Shown in pieces: positions 39,700-54,230 of a stretch of 64,000 bases of DNA (positions within the stretch are counted from its first letter, which is position 1; each line of letters begins with the position of its first letter). The position numbers and the translations under genes were made by a program. The notes below the pieces were generated by a model. That model had not been told where the DNA came from, searched no databases, and was given only the letters and a program-made list of their open reading frames with translations. The DNA is from Octopus vulgaris (taxonomy: Eukaryota): positions 8,866,001 to 8,930,000 of the forward strand of contig OX597819.1 in assembly GCA_951406725.2 (NCBI GenBank), written 5' to 3'.

Positions 39700-40800
39700 A
39701 AATTGGCTGTAAGATTGATATTTTTCATCAGGTGAATATGTTGTAGTTCGGTGCGTCGATGCATTATCAAAGCACTTTCGATTGTATGAGTAAGAAGTAG
39801 CAACGTTATAATTACATTGAGATGGACGTTCTTTCAGATCCGTTCACTTTTCTTTATGTCTGATTTTTTGCATTTCCAAGAATTTTCCTATTCATCTTTT
39901 TCTATTAACGTACCGAGAATTTCTCTACAGCTACAGTTTATGGTAAGAGTTTAGGTATTAGCTGTGGGTCATTCTTGCTACATTTGAAATAACATTAGAA
40001 ATAACATAGAATCTAAAAGGTGGTTTGAACCAATTTATTTTCTTTTTATTAATGTTTGTGTGCATATTATTACAGTTTACTGCATTGAACTCTGTTTTGT
40101 CTGCGACACCATTCCCTGCTGGAGCATCACTGTAATGATAATGGACGCTGTTGAAGCATATTTTAGAGCTGATGCTGTAAATCCGTTTAATTCTACATCT
40201 TTTAAGTCTCCCGGATTGTTACTACAGAGATTATATATCTTTCAGAGGCAATAGCCAGCATGTAAGCTTAAAGTGATATCTGAGCAATTAACAATCTTAT
40301 TATTAGGATTAACCTTCAACAGATTTAGTAAAAGGAGTTTATGAACATGGAATGTATTATTGAAGTGTAATATGATCCGGCCATCGCCTGATTACGTCTT
40401 ACATAATATTAAATTTTGAATATTTTGAGGAACTCTATCTACAACACATAGCCCTACTAGCTGTCGCACTTCTGCCTATGGTCATTAGACATATCCAGAG
40501 CAAGAGACTCATCGCGTTTGGTGCCGAACCCAAAAGGAATTATCAGGGAAAATTAATTACTTTCGAACATTCCTTATAATGTCAATATCGAGAGCATCAA
40601 TGTTAAAGAATGAACAACCATCCGCTAAAGTTTCTTGAAGAAAATGTTTTGTAATACAAGGTAAAAATGAAAACTGTGTCAAAATGAATAAATGAATTTG
40701 CAGTTAAGTGCTGTCTCTATTATTGACGAGCGACGTTCGGTTATTTAATAAACCGCCAGCAAACTGGTGGTTTATTAAATTTTTGAATTAAAGAAATCTA
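39700..40800 (-). mobile_element. Highly decayed Penelope-like reverse transcriptase
   Basis: FLPCITKHFLQETL..DIDIIRNVRK*LIFPDNSFWV..AEVRQLVGL..NNKIVNCSDITLSL, resembling PLE RT motifs AEVCELVGL and IVNFLDVTL; boundaries approximate. Confidence 0.6.
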
Positions 40801-41024
40801 AATATGATTTACTAAATTTCTCTAGTTCATTTTCTGGAACTTTAATTAGTCTTTATATGAAATTAGCTGAAACGTGACACGAGTAAGCTTCAAATTTATA
40901 TAGCCAATCAACTATATATTCATATATATACATATGTGTATGTGTCTAAGTATAAGTGTTTGTCATATGTATATGTATATTGATCTATCTATTATATATA
41001 CATTTATATGAATAAATACATAGG

Positions 41025-41072
<48 letters not shown>

Positions 41073-41075
<3 letters not shown>

Positions 41076-41436
41076 CCAACCACATAGTTCCAGGTTCAGT
41101 CCCACTGCGTGGAACCTTGGGCAAGTGTCTTCTACTATAGCCTCGGGCCGACCAAAGCCTTGTGGGTGGATTTGTCAGAGGGAAACTGAAAGAACTCCGT
41201 CGTATATATGTATATATATGTGTATGTTTGTGTGTCTATGTTTGCCCCCCTAGCATTGCTTGACAACCGATGCTGGTGTGTTTATGTCCCTGTCACTTAG
41301 CGGTTCGGCAAAAGAGACCGATAGAATAAGTACTGGGCTTACAAAGAATAAGTCCCGGGGTCGATTTGCTCGATTAAAGGCGGTGCTCCAGCATGGCCGC
41401 AGTCAAATGACTGAAACAAGTAAAAGAGTAAAAGAG
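41073..41436 (+). mobile_element. SINE family B, 5'-truncated
   Basis: Family B body and tail. Confidence 0.92.
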
Positions 41437-41575
41437 ATATATATATATTTATATATTCATATACATACATACATACATACATACATACATACATACATGC
41501 ATATATATATATATATTACATGCATACATTAGTATATATATATATATAATATAACGTATTTATGCGTGTGTGTGT

Positions 41576-41613
<38 letters not shown>

Positions 41614-41883
41614 TATGTGTGCAAGTAGATATTTATTTCACTACCGTTTACTTCTTTAAAACAATTCTACTTTCAAAGCGACACAGCATAACCTTCCCCG
41701 TTCCTCAACTTGGTGCTGTGGTTCCAACCGTGCAATATTTCTGTTGATGGCCCCTGAAAGTCATTCTTGAAACACGCCGGCTGATAGCTGTGCCCTTTTT
41801 TAATGCGAAGTCATTATATAGTATACACTATACATCTAAACAATATCTATAAAATTGTGTGTAGTGGTCTGTGCCATACATAC

Positions 41884-41912
41884 GTATGTATGTATGTATG
41901 TATGTATGTATG

Positions 41913-41943
<31 letters not shown>

Positions 41944-42440
41944 GTATGTATGTATGTATGTATGAATGTATGTATGTATTTATGTATGTATGTATGTATG
42001 TATGTATGTATGTATGTGTGTATGTATGTATGTATGTATGTATGTATGAATGTATGCATGTATGTATGTATATATGCATGTATATATGTACGTATGTACG
42101 TATGTATGTATGTACGTATGTATGTACGTATGTATGTATGTACGTATGTAATTATGTATGTACGTATGTATGTATGTATGTATGTATGTATGTATGTATG
42201 TATGCATGTAAGTATGTATGTATGTATGTATGCATGTATGTATGTACGTATGCATATATGTATGTATGTACGTAAGTATGTATGTATGTACGTATGTAAG
42301 TATGTATGTATGTATGTACGTATGTATGTATGTATGTATGTATGTATGTATGTATGTATGTATGTATGTATGTATGTATGTATGTAGCTATGTATATATG
42401 TATGCATGCATGCATGAACGTACGTATGTATGTATCTATG
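41884..42440. repeat. (ATGT)n array
   Basis: Simple repeat. Confidence 0.97.
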
Positions 42441-42491
42441 AATATATGTAAGTTCGTACGTATATAGGAATGTATACATACGCACAAAGAG

Positions 42492-42526
<35 letters not shown>

Positions 42527-43184
42527 TACACATGCATCACATCGAACGTTATACCTCTAACACAAATGCATGATGTGCACGAGTGTGTGTGTGTGTATGT
42601 GCTTCCATGCGTGTGCACGTGGGTTTGTAGCTGCGTGTGTATGTATGCTGAAGCATATGTGTATAAGAAGCGTAAATATCTAAATAGTTTAAGTGTGTGT
42701 AAATAGAGCTTATCAATCATTTTAACGAAAATTCAACCGGACACACGGACACACGCAAATGCGTACGCATACGCGCGTACACACAGTCATAAATACATAT
42801 ATTTAAAAGAGTAAGCGCGCTTATATTTTTTGTGCACGCTCGTGATATAGAAGAGGCAACGTGAATATGGCTGTGTTTGAGCGTGTGTGCGTAGAACGAA
42901 GAGAATGAGATTGATGGATAGGTAGAGTATAGATATACACAAGACAGATAGATAGATATACAGATGAATAAGAATTTTTTTTTTAATGTTTTGTGATGAC
43001 TCATACACATTTCAGATGATGGCAAAAAACAGAAAGAAAAAAAAAATGTTTAATAAAAGCCGAAATCTCAACAAAAAAAATAAACTTTGATACAATGATT
43101 TAATGTTGTGAAGAAAATGTGCCGTCCGAATATATGGTCGTATTTGAGTGAGGTGAAAATTGGGAATTTTACCATTTAGAGCAT

Positions 43185-43196
43185 CACACACGCACG

Positions 43197-43227
<31 letters not shown>

Positions 43228-43344
43228 GAACACACACACACACGCACACACACAAACACGCGCGCGCACACACACACACACATATACACACACGCATACA
43301 CACACACACACATGCACACACGAACACACACACACACACACACG

Positions 43345-43431
<87 letters not shown>

Positions 43432-43467
43432 ACACACACCCATATACACACACATAGACACACACAT
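43185..43467. repeat. (CA)n array
   Basis: Simple repeat. Confidence 0.97.
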
Positions 43468-43947
43468 ATTGGATATCGTACGTATCCTATTAATCGTTGA
43501 ATTTGAGAAAATAAATTTTACATTTATATACTTATTTTATTTGTTTTTAAAGGAATTGCACAGCAGTTTTATAAAATTTCTTTTATTCTCTGAGCTGGTA
43601 AAAGGTGACAGGTACATTACTGGAATAATTTGTTGTGGTGGGGGACTGCCGGTTTAAGGTTGGGTACGACTTGCAATAAAAAAAATAGTATCGGCATGGG
43701 TGTATAGCAAAAAATATAGATACTGTCCTCAATTTTAATACACTCCCTTCGATTTATATTCTTCTATATAATGAAAAGAAATTATAGATGTATATATCTA
43801 TATTCCAATATTATACGCACCCACACGCGTACACGCATGTGAAAGAATGTGATGGTGCGATTTATATGTATGTAATACACATGTGTGTGTCTGTGTTCTT
43901 GTATGTGTGTCTGTGTGTTTGTGTGCACGCGCGTATGTACGAGATAG

Positions 43948-44033
<86 letters not shown>

Positions 44034-44037
44034 GTGT

Positions 44038-44351
44038 GGAGGCGCAATGGCCCAGTGGTTAGAGCAGCGGATTCGCGGTCGGAGGATCGCGGTTTCGATT
44101 CCCAGACCGGGCGTTGTGTATGTTTATTGAGCGAAAACACTTAAAAAGTTCCACGGCAGGGTGTGGTGGCGACCCCTGTTGTACTCTTTCGCGCCAACTT
44201 TCTCTCACTCTCTCTTCCTGTTTCTTGAGTAACGCTGCAATGGACTGGCGTCCCGTCCAGCTGGGGGGGGGGTGCACACATACGCCACAGAAACCGGGAA
44301 ACCGGGGCCATGAGCCCGGCTAGGCTTGAAAAGGGCACAGAAAATAAATAA

Positions 44352-44356
<5 letters not shown>
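44038..44356 (+). mobile_element. SINE with family A head but V-domain-like body and a different tail
   Basis: Family A head to ~44222, then CTGCAATGGACTGGCGTCCCGTCCAG and CAGAAACCGGGAAACCGGG, (AAAT)n tail. Confidence 0.85.
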
Positions 44357-44394
<38 letters not shown>

Positions 44395-44416
44395 CAGTAT
44401 AATCACGTAGAAATAA

Positions 44417-44446
<30 letters not shown>

Positions 44447-44455
<9 letters not shown>

Positions 44456-44676
44456 TACATTAAAGGCTTCCAAATAAAGAAGCGAGTGCTAGATACACAA
44501 AAAGGGGATAAATTTATGAAATGTATCACCTTTTTGTGTATCTAGCACTCGCTTCTTTATTTGGAAGCCTTTTAATGTACTTATATATGAATAACATATA
44601 GTCTAATGACTAATTTGTCTTTTGTGCTAGGTCACTGGTAATAATAATTTATTTTTATTACCCTATTTACTATGTT

Positions 44677-44678
<2 letters not shown>
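44447..44678 (+). mobile_element. Hairpin-plus-tail insert in (TA)n (PLE-like end)
   Basis: ~64-bp inverted arms 44447-44510/44524-44588; tail hairpin GGTAATAA..TTATTACCCT. Confidence 0.6.
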
Positions 44679-44710
<32 letters not shown>

Positions 44711-44950
44711 CCGACCAATCAATCGGATGTTCTTATACACCGCTGTTCACAATGCGCTTCTTGCATCATTTTCCAATGATGTTACATTTCCCCTTGAACA
44801 TGACACCGGCCCATCGCAGAGTTACTTATTTATAGCCGAGTGGACTGGAGCAACATGAAGTGTTTCTCTCAAGTATACAATGCACTACTGGTCTGGGAAT
44901 CGAAACAACCACGTTGTGATTGTGAGTGCAACACCATAACCATAAAGCTA
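44711..44950 (-). mobile_element. Old tRNA-derived SINE remnant
   Basis: Minus strand TGGTTATGGTG..GTTTCGATTCCCAGACC head, CTGCGATGGGCCGGTGTC V-like motif. Confidence 0.6.
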
Positions 44951-45028
44951 CATACACACACACATATAGACATTTTTTATATACAAACACCCGCACACGT
45001 GTTTTATATATACAGCCACGCATATAAG

Positions 45029-45346
<318 letters not shown>

Positions 45347-46409
45347 TTATCTTCATCAGGCGTAAATTACCGAATGAAGAAACACAGGAAGTTCAAGATG
45401 ACAATGGAAAATGGGCTGCTATTGATCATGGTGGGTTATGTCCCAATCCGTCTAAATAAGGTGTTCGATAGATAACAAAATGCAACAAATTTAGAGCTGT
45501 GCGATATTTTGTATAAAAACCTGGGAAGGAGTTTTCAGATCAAAATATATTCTCGAGAATAGATGTATATACATGAACGTTAACTGGTGATGAGCTACAT
45601 ACTACCATAAAAGCAAATATTCTACGCACTATTGGTTTGTAGCTCTATTAATTTATAGCTTTATCTATTTAGAGTTCCTCTGTTAAACTCTTCATATCTC
45701 ACGAAGTTTCCAAGTTCTTATAATGTAAACCTCTTACAACACTCACTTCTAGAACAAAACTTTCGAAACGAATGTCGAAAATTCGAAGAACTGCTCTGGT
45801 AAATTGGTTCGAACGTCTACCAAGTTTACTGAAGATGTCGGTTCGAGTTCCACAGGCAGCTATTTGTTTTAACCCAAGGATTTTTAGCCCATTAATCTAC
45901 ATTTTTTTAGATTTATCTATATTTACCATGAGTTCCGTATGTATATGAACGAAAATACTTTCCAAATGCTATAACCGAGTTTATAGTGGAGGGTGGCAAA
46001 AGGGGCAATTGTCCACTATCCCCCACCCCCCAAAAAAATATCAGGAGGGGCTGTCATGGGTGGTGGGTTCTTCTACACCGGTAGACTCCACCGTCCCAGC
46101 AAGCTTGCATGAAGGTGGCCTTCCCTGTCTAATTCTTTTAAAAGAGACCTACTTAAATTTTTAAGAAGAAAGTACTGCATTTTCTGTACTTTAACGACAG
46201 CAGTTACTCAACCCTATTCCCTTGGGAATAAATAAAACAAGCAGATGTATAGAGAGAAAAATCGAAGTAAAGCAAAAGTAACGAAAAAGGGAAACTTTGT
46301 GGAAAATATTAATTGCTTCAATGCATCTATAGAAAAGGCAGATAGATAAAAGATGTGTGACCCTACGATGGCTTGTTAGTTTCAGGTTTTTGTACTTGCG
46401 ATTAAATGA

Positions 46410-46446
<37 letters not shown>

Positions 46447-46546
46447 GGACACACGGACATACATACACATACACATATCCACACTCGCATATATTGTCAC
46501 TCCTTAAAGTTCATTATTCTGTTCGACATTGAAGTGCTTTGGTATG

Positions 46547-46764
46547 CTCTCTTTACTCTTTTACTCTTTTACTTGTTTCAGTCATTTGACTGCGGCCATG
46601 CTGGAGCACCGCCTTTAGTCGAGCAAATCGACCCCGGGACTTATTCTTTGTAAGCCCAGTACTTATTCTATCGGTCTCTTTTGCCGAACCGCTAAGTGAC
46701 GGGGACGTAAACACACCAGCATCAGTTGTCAAGCAATGCTAGGGGGACAAACACAGACACACAA

Positions 46765-46809
<45 letters not shown>

Positions 46810-46859
46810 CATATATACGACAGGCTTCTTTCAGTTTCCGTCTACCAAATCCACTCACA
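46547..46859 (-). mobile_element. SINE family B, 5'-truncated
   Basis: Family B body and tail. Confidence 0.92.
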
Positions 46860-46984
46860 TGCTGATCATATTTACGAAAAAAATATAAGATTCCCCAGAT
46901 AAAAATAGTTTTTCTTTCTTTTAGATTTGGAATATGACTTGTTCAATGCTTTGTTTTCTATTTAAACTTAATCTTTCCTTTATG

Positions 46985-47338
46985 GAGATGTACTTGCATA
47001 GCAAGTGACCTGATCTGAGATCGTGTGGTGGAACGAAAACAATTGCAGCGTGGAAGGTGTTTATAAGCCATTTAAGAAACACACAAAACCCGTTAGTTAA
47101 ACTTAATTTTAAGTTAAATTTAATTTGCCAAAATATTTTCGTCGCGACCCGATCACTGACAGCACGGAATTTGGAGACCGCGACCTGATCATTGCAGCAC
47201 GGAATTTTGTCAGTGATCAGGTCGCGGTCTCAAAGCGACAAAAATATATTGGCAAATTAAATTTAAATGTTGAAGTGAGTCTAACAGTTTTCGTGTGTTT
47301 TTAAATGGCTTATAAACACCTTCCACGATGCAATTGTT
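46985..47338 (-). mobile_element. Hairpin-plus-tail PLE-like insert
   Basis: ~125-bp inverted arms ~47038-47160/47208-47338 with an internal short duplication. Confidence 0.55.
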
Positions 47339-47789
47339 AATCTTTTCTTTTTGTTTTCTTCTATATTTTTCATCTTTGTCAGCCTACCAATTTGCGTATG
47401 CGTAAACAATTTGGGTTAGTATACCTGTGACTAGATTAAACGAAGTAAGTTTGCCTGGATGTTGTCTGTTCTTTTTGAGACTATTTTTTCTTTGCTTTTG
47501 TTAATATTTTCTCTCGGAATATCTAGTATACCACAGAATGCTCAGCTTTCCCAAAAAAAATTTCCCTAGAAAGAAGTGAAAACATGCTACTCTATTGGCA
47601 AAGACAAAAAACCTGACAGAAATTTTCTTCGCTTCGAAAACAAGGAAAACTTAGTAACAGATTTTTTTTTTTTTTTTTTTGAGAAACTAGCCACACTCCC
47701 AAGTGCATCGGCAAAAAATAGGAGGAACATATCAACTCAAGACATTGAAACTGAAAAATCACCACATTCTGGTGTCATTGTTAGTAAAA

Positions 47790-49560
47790 TGCCTTCTTGG
47801 GATCGAGACTAAGCCAGGTAGTTTTCTGCCAGAGAAAAATGTGTCCATGTTCTTTCAGAATCCAGTGTTTTAATGCCATTATAAAATTAAAAAAAAAAAA
47901 GTTGAAGGCAAACTGGATGGGCACTGTCGTTATTTGGAACATTCAATGTTTTATGCTATTTCTGACCACGATGAGCAGCGTTTGAGAAAGTGCATCCTGT
48001 GGAGCTCATGAAGGAGTGTATTTTTGTTACTGTGCGTTGATGTATCAAGCTACTGTAATAGATTTTCCAACACGGTTGGTTTTAATGACAGGGGAAATAG
48101 TAGGGTAGAAAATAGAACGAAGTCAAGACCACATATATTGTGTTGTAGCTCAATATTTTATGTAGGGAATGTTCTCATGTTAATAGAGATTTGGAAAAAC
48201 AAGTGCACGAAAACAATAAATATTGGACTGAAATATTGCGCTGTACTGAGGGCGAGAGCGGCCTGGCATTTAGGGGTAGTGAATAGACCATAGGATCTAA
48301 AAACAATGGAAATTTCGGGGAGGTTTTGCACAATTTGATCAATTTCTAATGGGTCAGTTGAAAGCATTTGGTAATGCCGCGTTCATACATATATGTAAGC
48401 AGTCATACTTATCACTATCATCACAAAATATGTGAATCGTATTGTAGCAGAACTTAAAACCGCCGAGTACTTGTCAGTGTCTGTAGATTTAACACCAGAC
48501 CGCATTCATGCTGATCTGTTAACAGTTATTGTGTGCTATGTTCTTCCTGAGAAGCTGATAGAAAGGTTTTTCACTTTCCTGCAGACTGGAAACATCTTTG
48601 TTAGAATTTCTTTAAAGTAAGTACTGACATCTCTATTAGAATTCCGTTAAAAGTAGGTATAAAGTTTGAAATCTACAATGAACAGCCCTGTGATAACGCC
48701 AGTAATAGATCCTGTTACTACACAGTATGGAAGCACTCCGTCGGTTACGACGACGAGGGTTCCGGTTGATCCGAATCAACGGAATAACCTGCTCGTGAAA
48801 TTAACGTGTAAATGGCTGAGCACTTCACAGACACGTGTACCCTTAACGTAGTTCTCGGGGATATTCAACGTGACTCAGAGAGTGACAAGGCCGGCCCTTT
48901 GAAATACAGGTACAACAGAAACAGGAAGTAAGAGTGAGAGAAAGTTGTGGTGAAAGAGTACAGCAGGGATCACCACCATCCCTGCCGGAGCCTCGTGGAG
49001 CTTTAGGTGTTTTCGCTCAATAAACACTCACAACGCCCGGTCTGGGAATCGAAACCGCGATCCTACGACCGCGTGTCCGCTGCCCTAACCACTGGGCCAT
49101 TACGCCTCCACTACTACACAGTAACGCGATCCAGACTCAAGGAAAAGAATCCGACTACAGTTTTCATTCCCTCTGCTGCTCATTCGTTGAATCGTGTTGG
49201 ACAAGCTGTTGCTTCTTGTGATGAAGCTGTTAGCTATTTTGGTTTCATATAAAGGTCATCATTCATCCCATCTCAACAGACACTTTTAATTCATAATGAA
49301 GGACCTGCTGAAACTTTTCCAACTATTGAGGTGGCCCTTAGAATATATTTGAGCTTCATGCTCTCTAGTCGTTCAGGGGAGAGACATTCAGTAAATTGGG
49401 GTTGATGAAGAATTATCTGAAAACAACAATAAGGTATGAAAACTTAAGTACTTTGTATCATTTGGATGCAGAAAGCAATGCTCTACAGACGAAAACGTTC
49501 GAGGAAATCATTAAAGATTTTCCCGATATCAAGTGTAGAAAGTCTTTTTGTATCTCTTGA
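47790..49560 (+). mobile_element. Decayed hAT transposase (ZMYM1-like/DUF4371 plus hATC domain); element may span ~45972-49746
   Basis: GLAFRG..GSKNNGNF, YLSVSVDLTPD..ERFFTFL, NPTTVFIPSAAHSLN, TFPTIEVALRIYL..SGER..MKNYLKTT. Confidence 0.88.
48728..49111 (-). mobile_element. SINE family A inserted in the hAT
   Basis: TSD TACTACACAGTA. Confidence 0.95.
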
Positions 49561-50095
49561 AGTATATTGTGTGAAGTTGGTAAAACTTGCTGTACTTAGT
49601 TTAGATGACAAACTTTTGCTAAATAATCGATTTCAATTCATGAGATGTAAATTTGGTGATCTTTCATAGATTTCAATTTCTGTATATGAGGAGCCCACTG
49701 GACTTGAAGTACCCCGTTCCCTCCTTACAAACTTTAAATACGGCTGTTATATTTTTGTGTACACTTCTATAGATATACCACCTAATTCAACATACATGCC
49801 AGAAAACATACACTCACGTAAACTGCAGTAAGATCTACGAATTTCCATCCATTCATCTTCAGAGCCTAGTACTCTTATACTGGGCGGGATCTTCAGAGAC
49901 ACCGTCCAAAGTGTCCTGTCAAAATTTTCCGATTGTATTCCCTATTGCCTCCTTCCAATGCTCTGCATATTATCCAGCCATTTCGCTCACAGTCCATTTC
50001 TAGATCTCCTGCTAGTTGGCCAAGCTCAGATATGCTAACTACATGTCCAAAGCTTTAACCTCTCAAATTGTAGCACTAATAGCTCAACTATTAGG

Positions 50096-50319
50096 TATTT
50101 CTTTACTGCCCACAAGGGGCTAAACACAGAAGGGACAAACAAGGACAGACATAGGTATTAAGTCGATTACATCGACCCAGTGCGTAACTGGTACTTAATT
50201 TATCGACTCAGAAAAGATGAAAGGCAAAGTGGACCTCGGCGGAATTTGAACCCAGAACGTAACGGCAGACGTAATACGGCTACGCATTTCACCAGGCGTG
50301 CTAACGGTTCTGCCAGTTC
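50096..50319 (-). mobile_element. SINE family C
   Basis: Family C copy. Confidence 0.9.
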
Positions 50320-51012
50320 TAGGGACAGCCTAATTCCCTAGCTAGGCACTCCGTCAAGCGACACTTCGGAGGCCGCTTGTACTCAAGAGGCTACTCTTGA
50401 CCATTACTCAAAATTCATAACTGTATGGTGAAAATGAATAAATAGAACTTATCTTTCCCTATTGTTTAGAGGAACATTATATTGTTAAAACTGTAAGGGG
50501 TTAGCGACCGAGACAAGTGAAACGAATAGCCTTTGTTGGCATTTCATTCTGAGTGAAGTAATAGGTTTGTGGAAAGGAGATCGAAAGGGATAGTGCTAAA
50601 AGAGGAGACGGTGTACTTATAAGAGAGGTCGGTGGGACGTTAGAAATCCCGGAGGTGGGTGCTTAGAAGGGTGCAATAAATCAACATTGATTGGGGAATT
50701 CGTTGTCAAAAACTTTTTTTAAATAGCGCGAATAGGCGTCGAAGGTTTGTTGGGGCTGAAACGTAGATAGATATACACAGCAATGTACGTAAAGACATTT
50801 TACATATAAACTCATAGGAAAATATATACGCAGTCTCACACCTACATACGCTCACACACGCAAACACCACCACACCACACCACACCAAATGTAGATATTA
50901 ATATACATAATGCCTTGCGGATCTGATTCCGTTATGTCACTACTTGGGGCCTTATTTTTTGTTTCTCTTTTGTGTATGTGTGCGTGTGTTCATGTATGTG
51001 TGCATGTGCAAG

Positions 51013-51075
<63 letters not shown>

Positions 51076-51095
51076 GTATACTATATATATGTATA

Positions 51096-51103
<8 letters not shown>

Positions 51104-51127
<24 letters not shown>

Positions 51128-51821
51128 GGTATGTAATGTATGTATGTATGTATGTATGTATGAATGTATGAATGTATGTATGTACTGTATGTATGCATGT
51201 ATGTATGTATGTATGTATGTATGTATGTATGTATGTATGAATGAATGTATGTATTTATGTATGTATGTATGTATGAATGTATGTATGTATGTATGTATGA
51301 ATGTATGAATGTATGAATGTATGTATGCATGTATGTATGTATGTATGTATGTATGTATGTATGTATGTATGAATGTATGAATGTATGTATGCATGTATGT
51401 ATGTATGTATGTATGTATGTATGTATGTATGTATGTAGGTATGTAATGTATGTATGTATGTATGTATGTATGTATGAATGTATGAATGTATGTATGTACT
51501 GTATGTATGCATGTATGTATGTATGTATGTATGTATGTATGTATGTATGTATGTATGTATGAATGAATGTATGTATTTATGTATGTATGTATGTATGTAT
51601 GTATGAATGTATGAATGTATGTATGTATGTATGTGTGTATGTATGTATGTATGTATGTATGTATGTATGAATGTATGTATGCATGTATGTATGTATGTAT
51701 GTATGTATGTATGTACGTACGTATGTATGTATGTATGTATGTATGTATGAATGAATGTATGAATGTATGTGTGTATGTATGTATGAATGTATGTATGTAT
51801 GAATGAATGTATGTATTTATG

Positions 51822-51855
<34 letters not shown>

Positions 51856-53085
51856 TGTATGTATGTATGTATGTATGTATGTATGAATGAATGTGTGAAT
51901 GTATGTGTGTATGTATGTGTGTATGCATGTATGTATGTATGTATGTATGTATGTATGTATGTATGTATGTATGTATGTATGAATGAATGTATGTATGTAT
52001 GTATGTATGTATGTATGTATGTATGTATGTATGAATGAATGTATGTATGTATGTATGTATGTATGTATGAATGAATGAATGAATGTATGAATGTATGTAT
52101 GTATGTATGTATGTATGAATGAATGTATGTATGAATGTATGTATGTATGTATGTATGAATGTATGTATGTATGTATGTATGTATGTATGTATGTATGTAT
52201 GTATGTATGTATGTATGTATGAATGAATGTATGTATGTATGTATGTATGTATGTATGTATGTATGTATGTATGTATGTATGTATGTATGAATGTATGTAT
52301 GTATGTATGTATGTATGTATGTATGTATGTATGAATGAATGTATGAATGTATGTATGTATGAATGAATGTATGTATGTATGTATGTATGTATGTATGTAT
52401 GTATGTATGTATGTATGTATGTATGTATGTATGTATGTATGAATGAATGTATGTATGTATGTATGTATGTATGTATGTATGTATGTATGTATGTATGTAT
52501 GTATGTATGTATGTATGAATGAATGTATGTATGTATGTATGTATGTATGTATGTATGTATGTATGTATGTATGAATGTATGTATGTATGTATGTATGTAT
52601 GTATGTATGTATGAATGAATGTATGTATGTATGTATGTATGTATGTATGTATGTATGTATGTATGTATGTATGTATGAATGAATGTATGTATGTATGTAT
52701 GTATGTATGTATGTATGTATGTATGAATGAATGTATGAATGTATGTATGTATGAATGAATGTATGTATGTATGTATGTATGTATGTATGTATGTATGTAT
52801 GTATGTATGTATGAATGAATGTATGTATGTATGTATGTATGTATGTATGTATGTATGTATGAATGAATGTATGTATGTATGTATGTATGTATGTATGTAT
52901 GTATGTATGTATGTATGTATGTATGTATGTATGTATGTATGTATGTATGTATGTATGTATGTATGAATGAATGTATGTATGTATGTATGTATGTATGTAT
53001 GTATGTATGTGTGTATGTATGTATGTATGTATGTATGAATGAATGAATGTATGTATGTATGTATGTATGTATGTATGTACGTACG
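51104..53085. repeat. ~2-kb (ATGT)n array with GAAT variants
   Basis: Simple repeat with higher-order duplication. Confidence 0.98.
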
Positions 53086-53514
53086 TATATATTAGTGGAC
53101 ACATACAGACATACACGAACACACGCCTTCACACGCGCACTAACGCATTCACACACGCACTAACACACACACACTTTCTATATATAAACATCTTGACGGA
53201 GAATAAAATTATTGAACCTATTATTAATGCCCATTGTGTTCTTTTATCTTGCTTGCGATTCACCAAAAAGAAATGACGAGTGATTTCTCTTATTTACTGT
53301 ATTTGTTTCTCAATTGTTTCAAATGGCGAAAGACCTTCATCACGTCTCCCGTCCCAACTATTTGCTATAACATACTTAGCTGATTGAAATGTGTTTCTGG
53401 TGTGTTTTCCAGTTTTTTGGTGGGGTTTTTTTTGCTTTTATATTCTTCGTTCTCGGTTGGTATAAAAGCAAGACGCTGGAATTCACTGGAAAAATCAAAT
53501 CCTTCAACTTTAGT

Positions 53515-53544
<30 letters not shown>

Positions 53545-53576
<32 letters not shown>

Positions 53577-53765
53577 ATATGCACATACACATATGTTTCC
53601 ACACGCATTCACCACTTTACACATACATGAAATCACATTTAGCTACATACTGAACCATAATATATTGCACATTACACGTCATACATACATTCATACATAC
53701 ATGCATACATACATACATACATACATACATACATACATACATACATACATACATACATACATACA

Positions 53766-53797
<32 letters not shown>

Positions 53798-54065
53798 CAC
53801 ATACATACATACATACATACATTCATACATACATGCATACATACATTCATACATACATACATACATACATACATACATACATACATACATACATACATAC
53901 ATACATGCATACATTCATACATACATACATACATACATACATGTGTGTGTGTGTGCGTGTGTGTCTATGTGTGCATGTGTATGTATGTATGTACGTATGA
54001 ATGTATGTATGTATGTATGTATGTATGTATGTATGTATGTATGTATGTATGTATGTATGTATGTA

Positions 54066-54102
<37 letters not shown>

Positions 54103-54197
54103 ATGTGTGTATGTATGTATGTGTATGTATGTATGTATGTATGTATGTATGTATGTATGTATGTATGTATGTATGTATGTATGTATGTATGTATGTA

Positions 54198-54230
<33 letters not shown>

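Noticed and set aside
50990-53156. 633-710 aa ORFs and other [12 protein letters not shown]/poly-I/poly-M ORFs
   Set aside because: Translations of microsatellites, not genes
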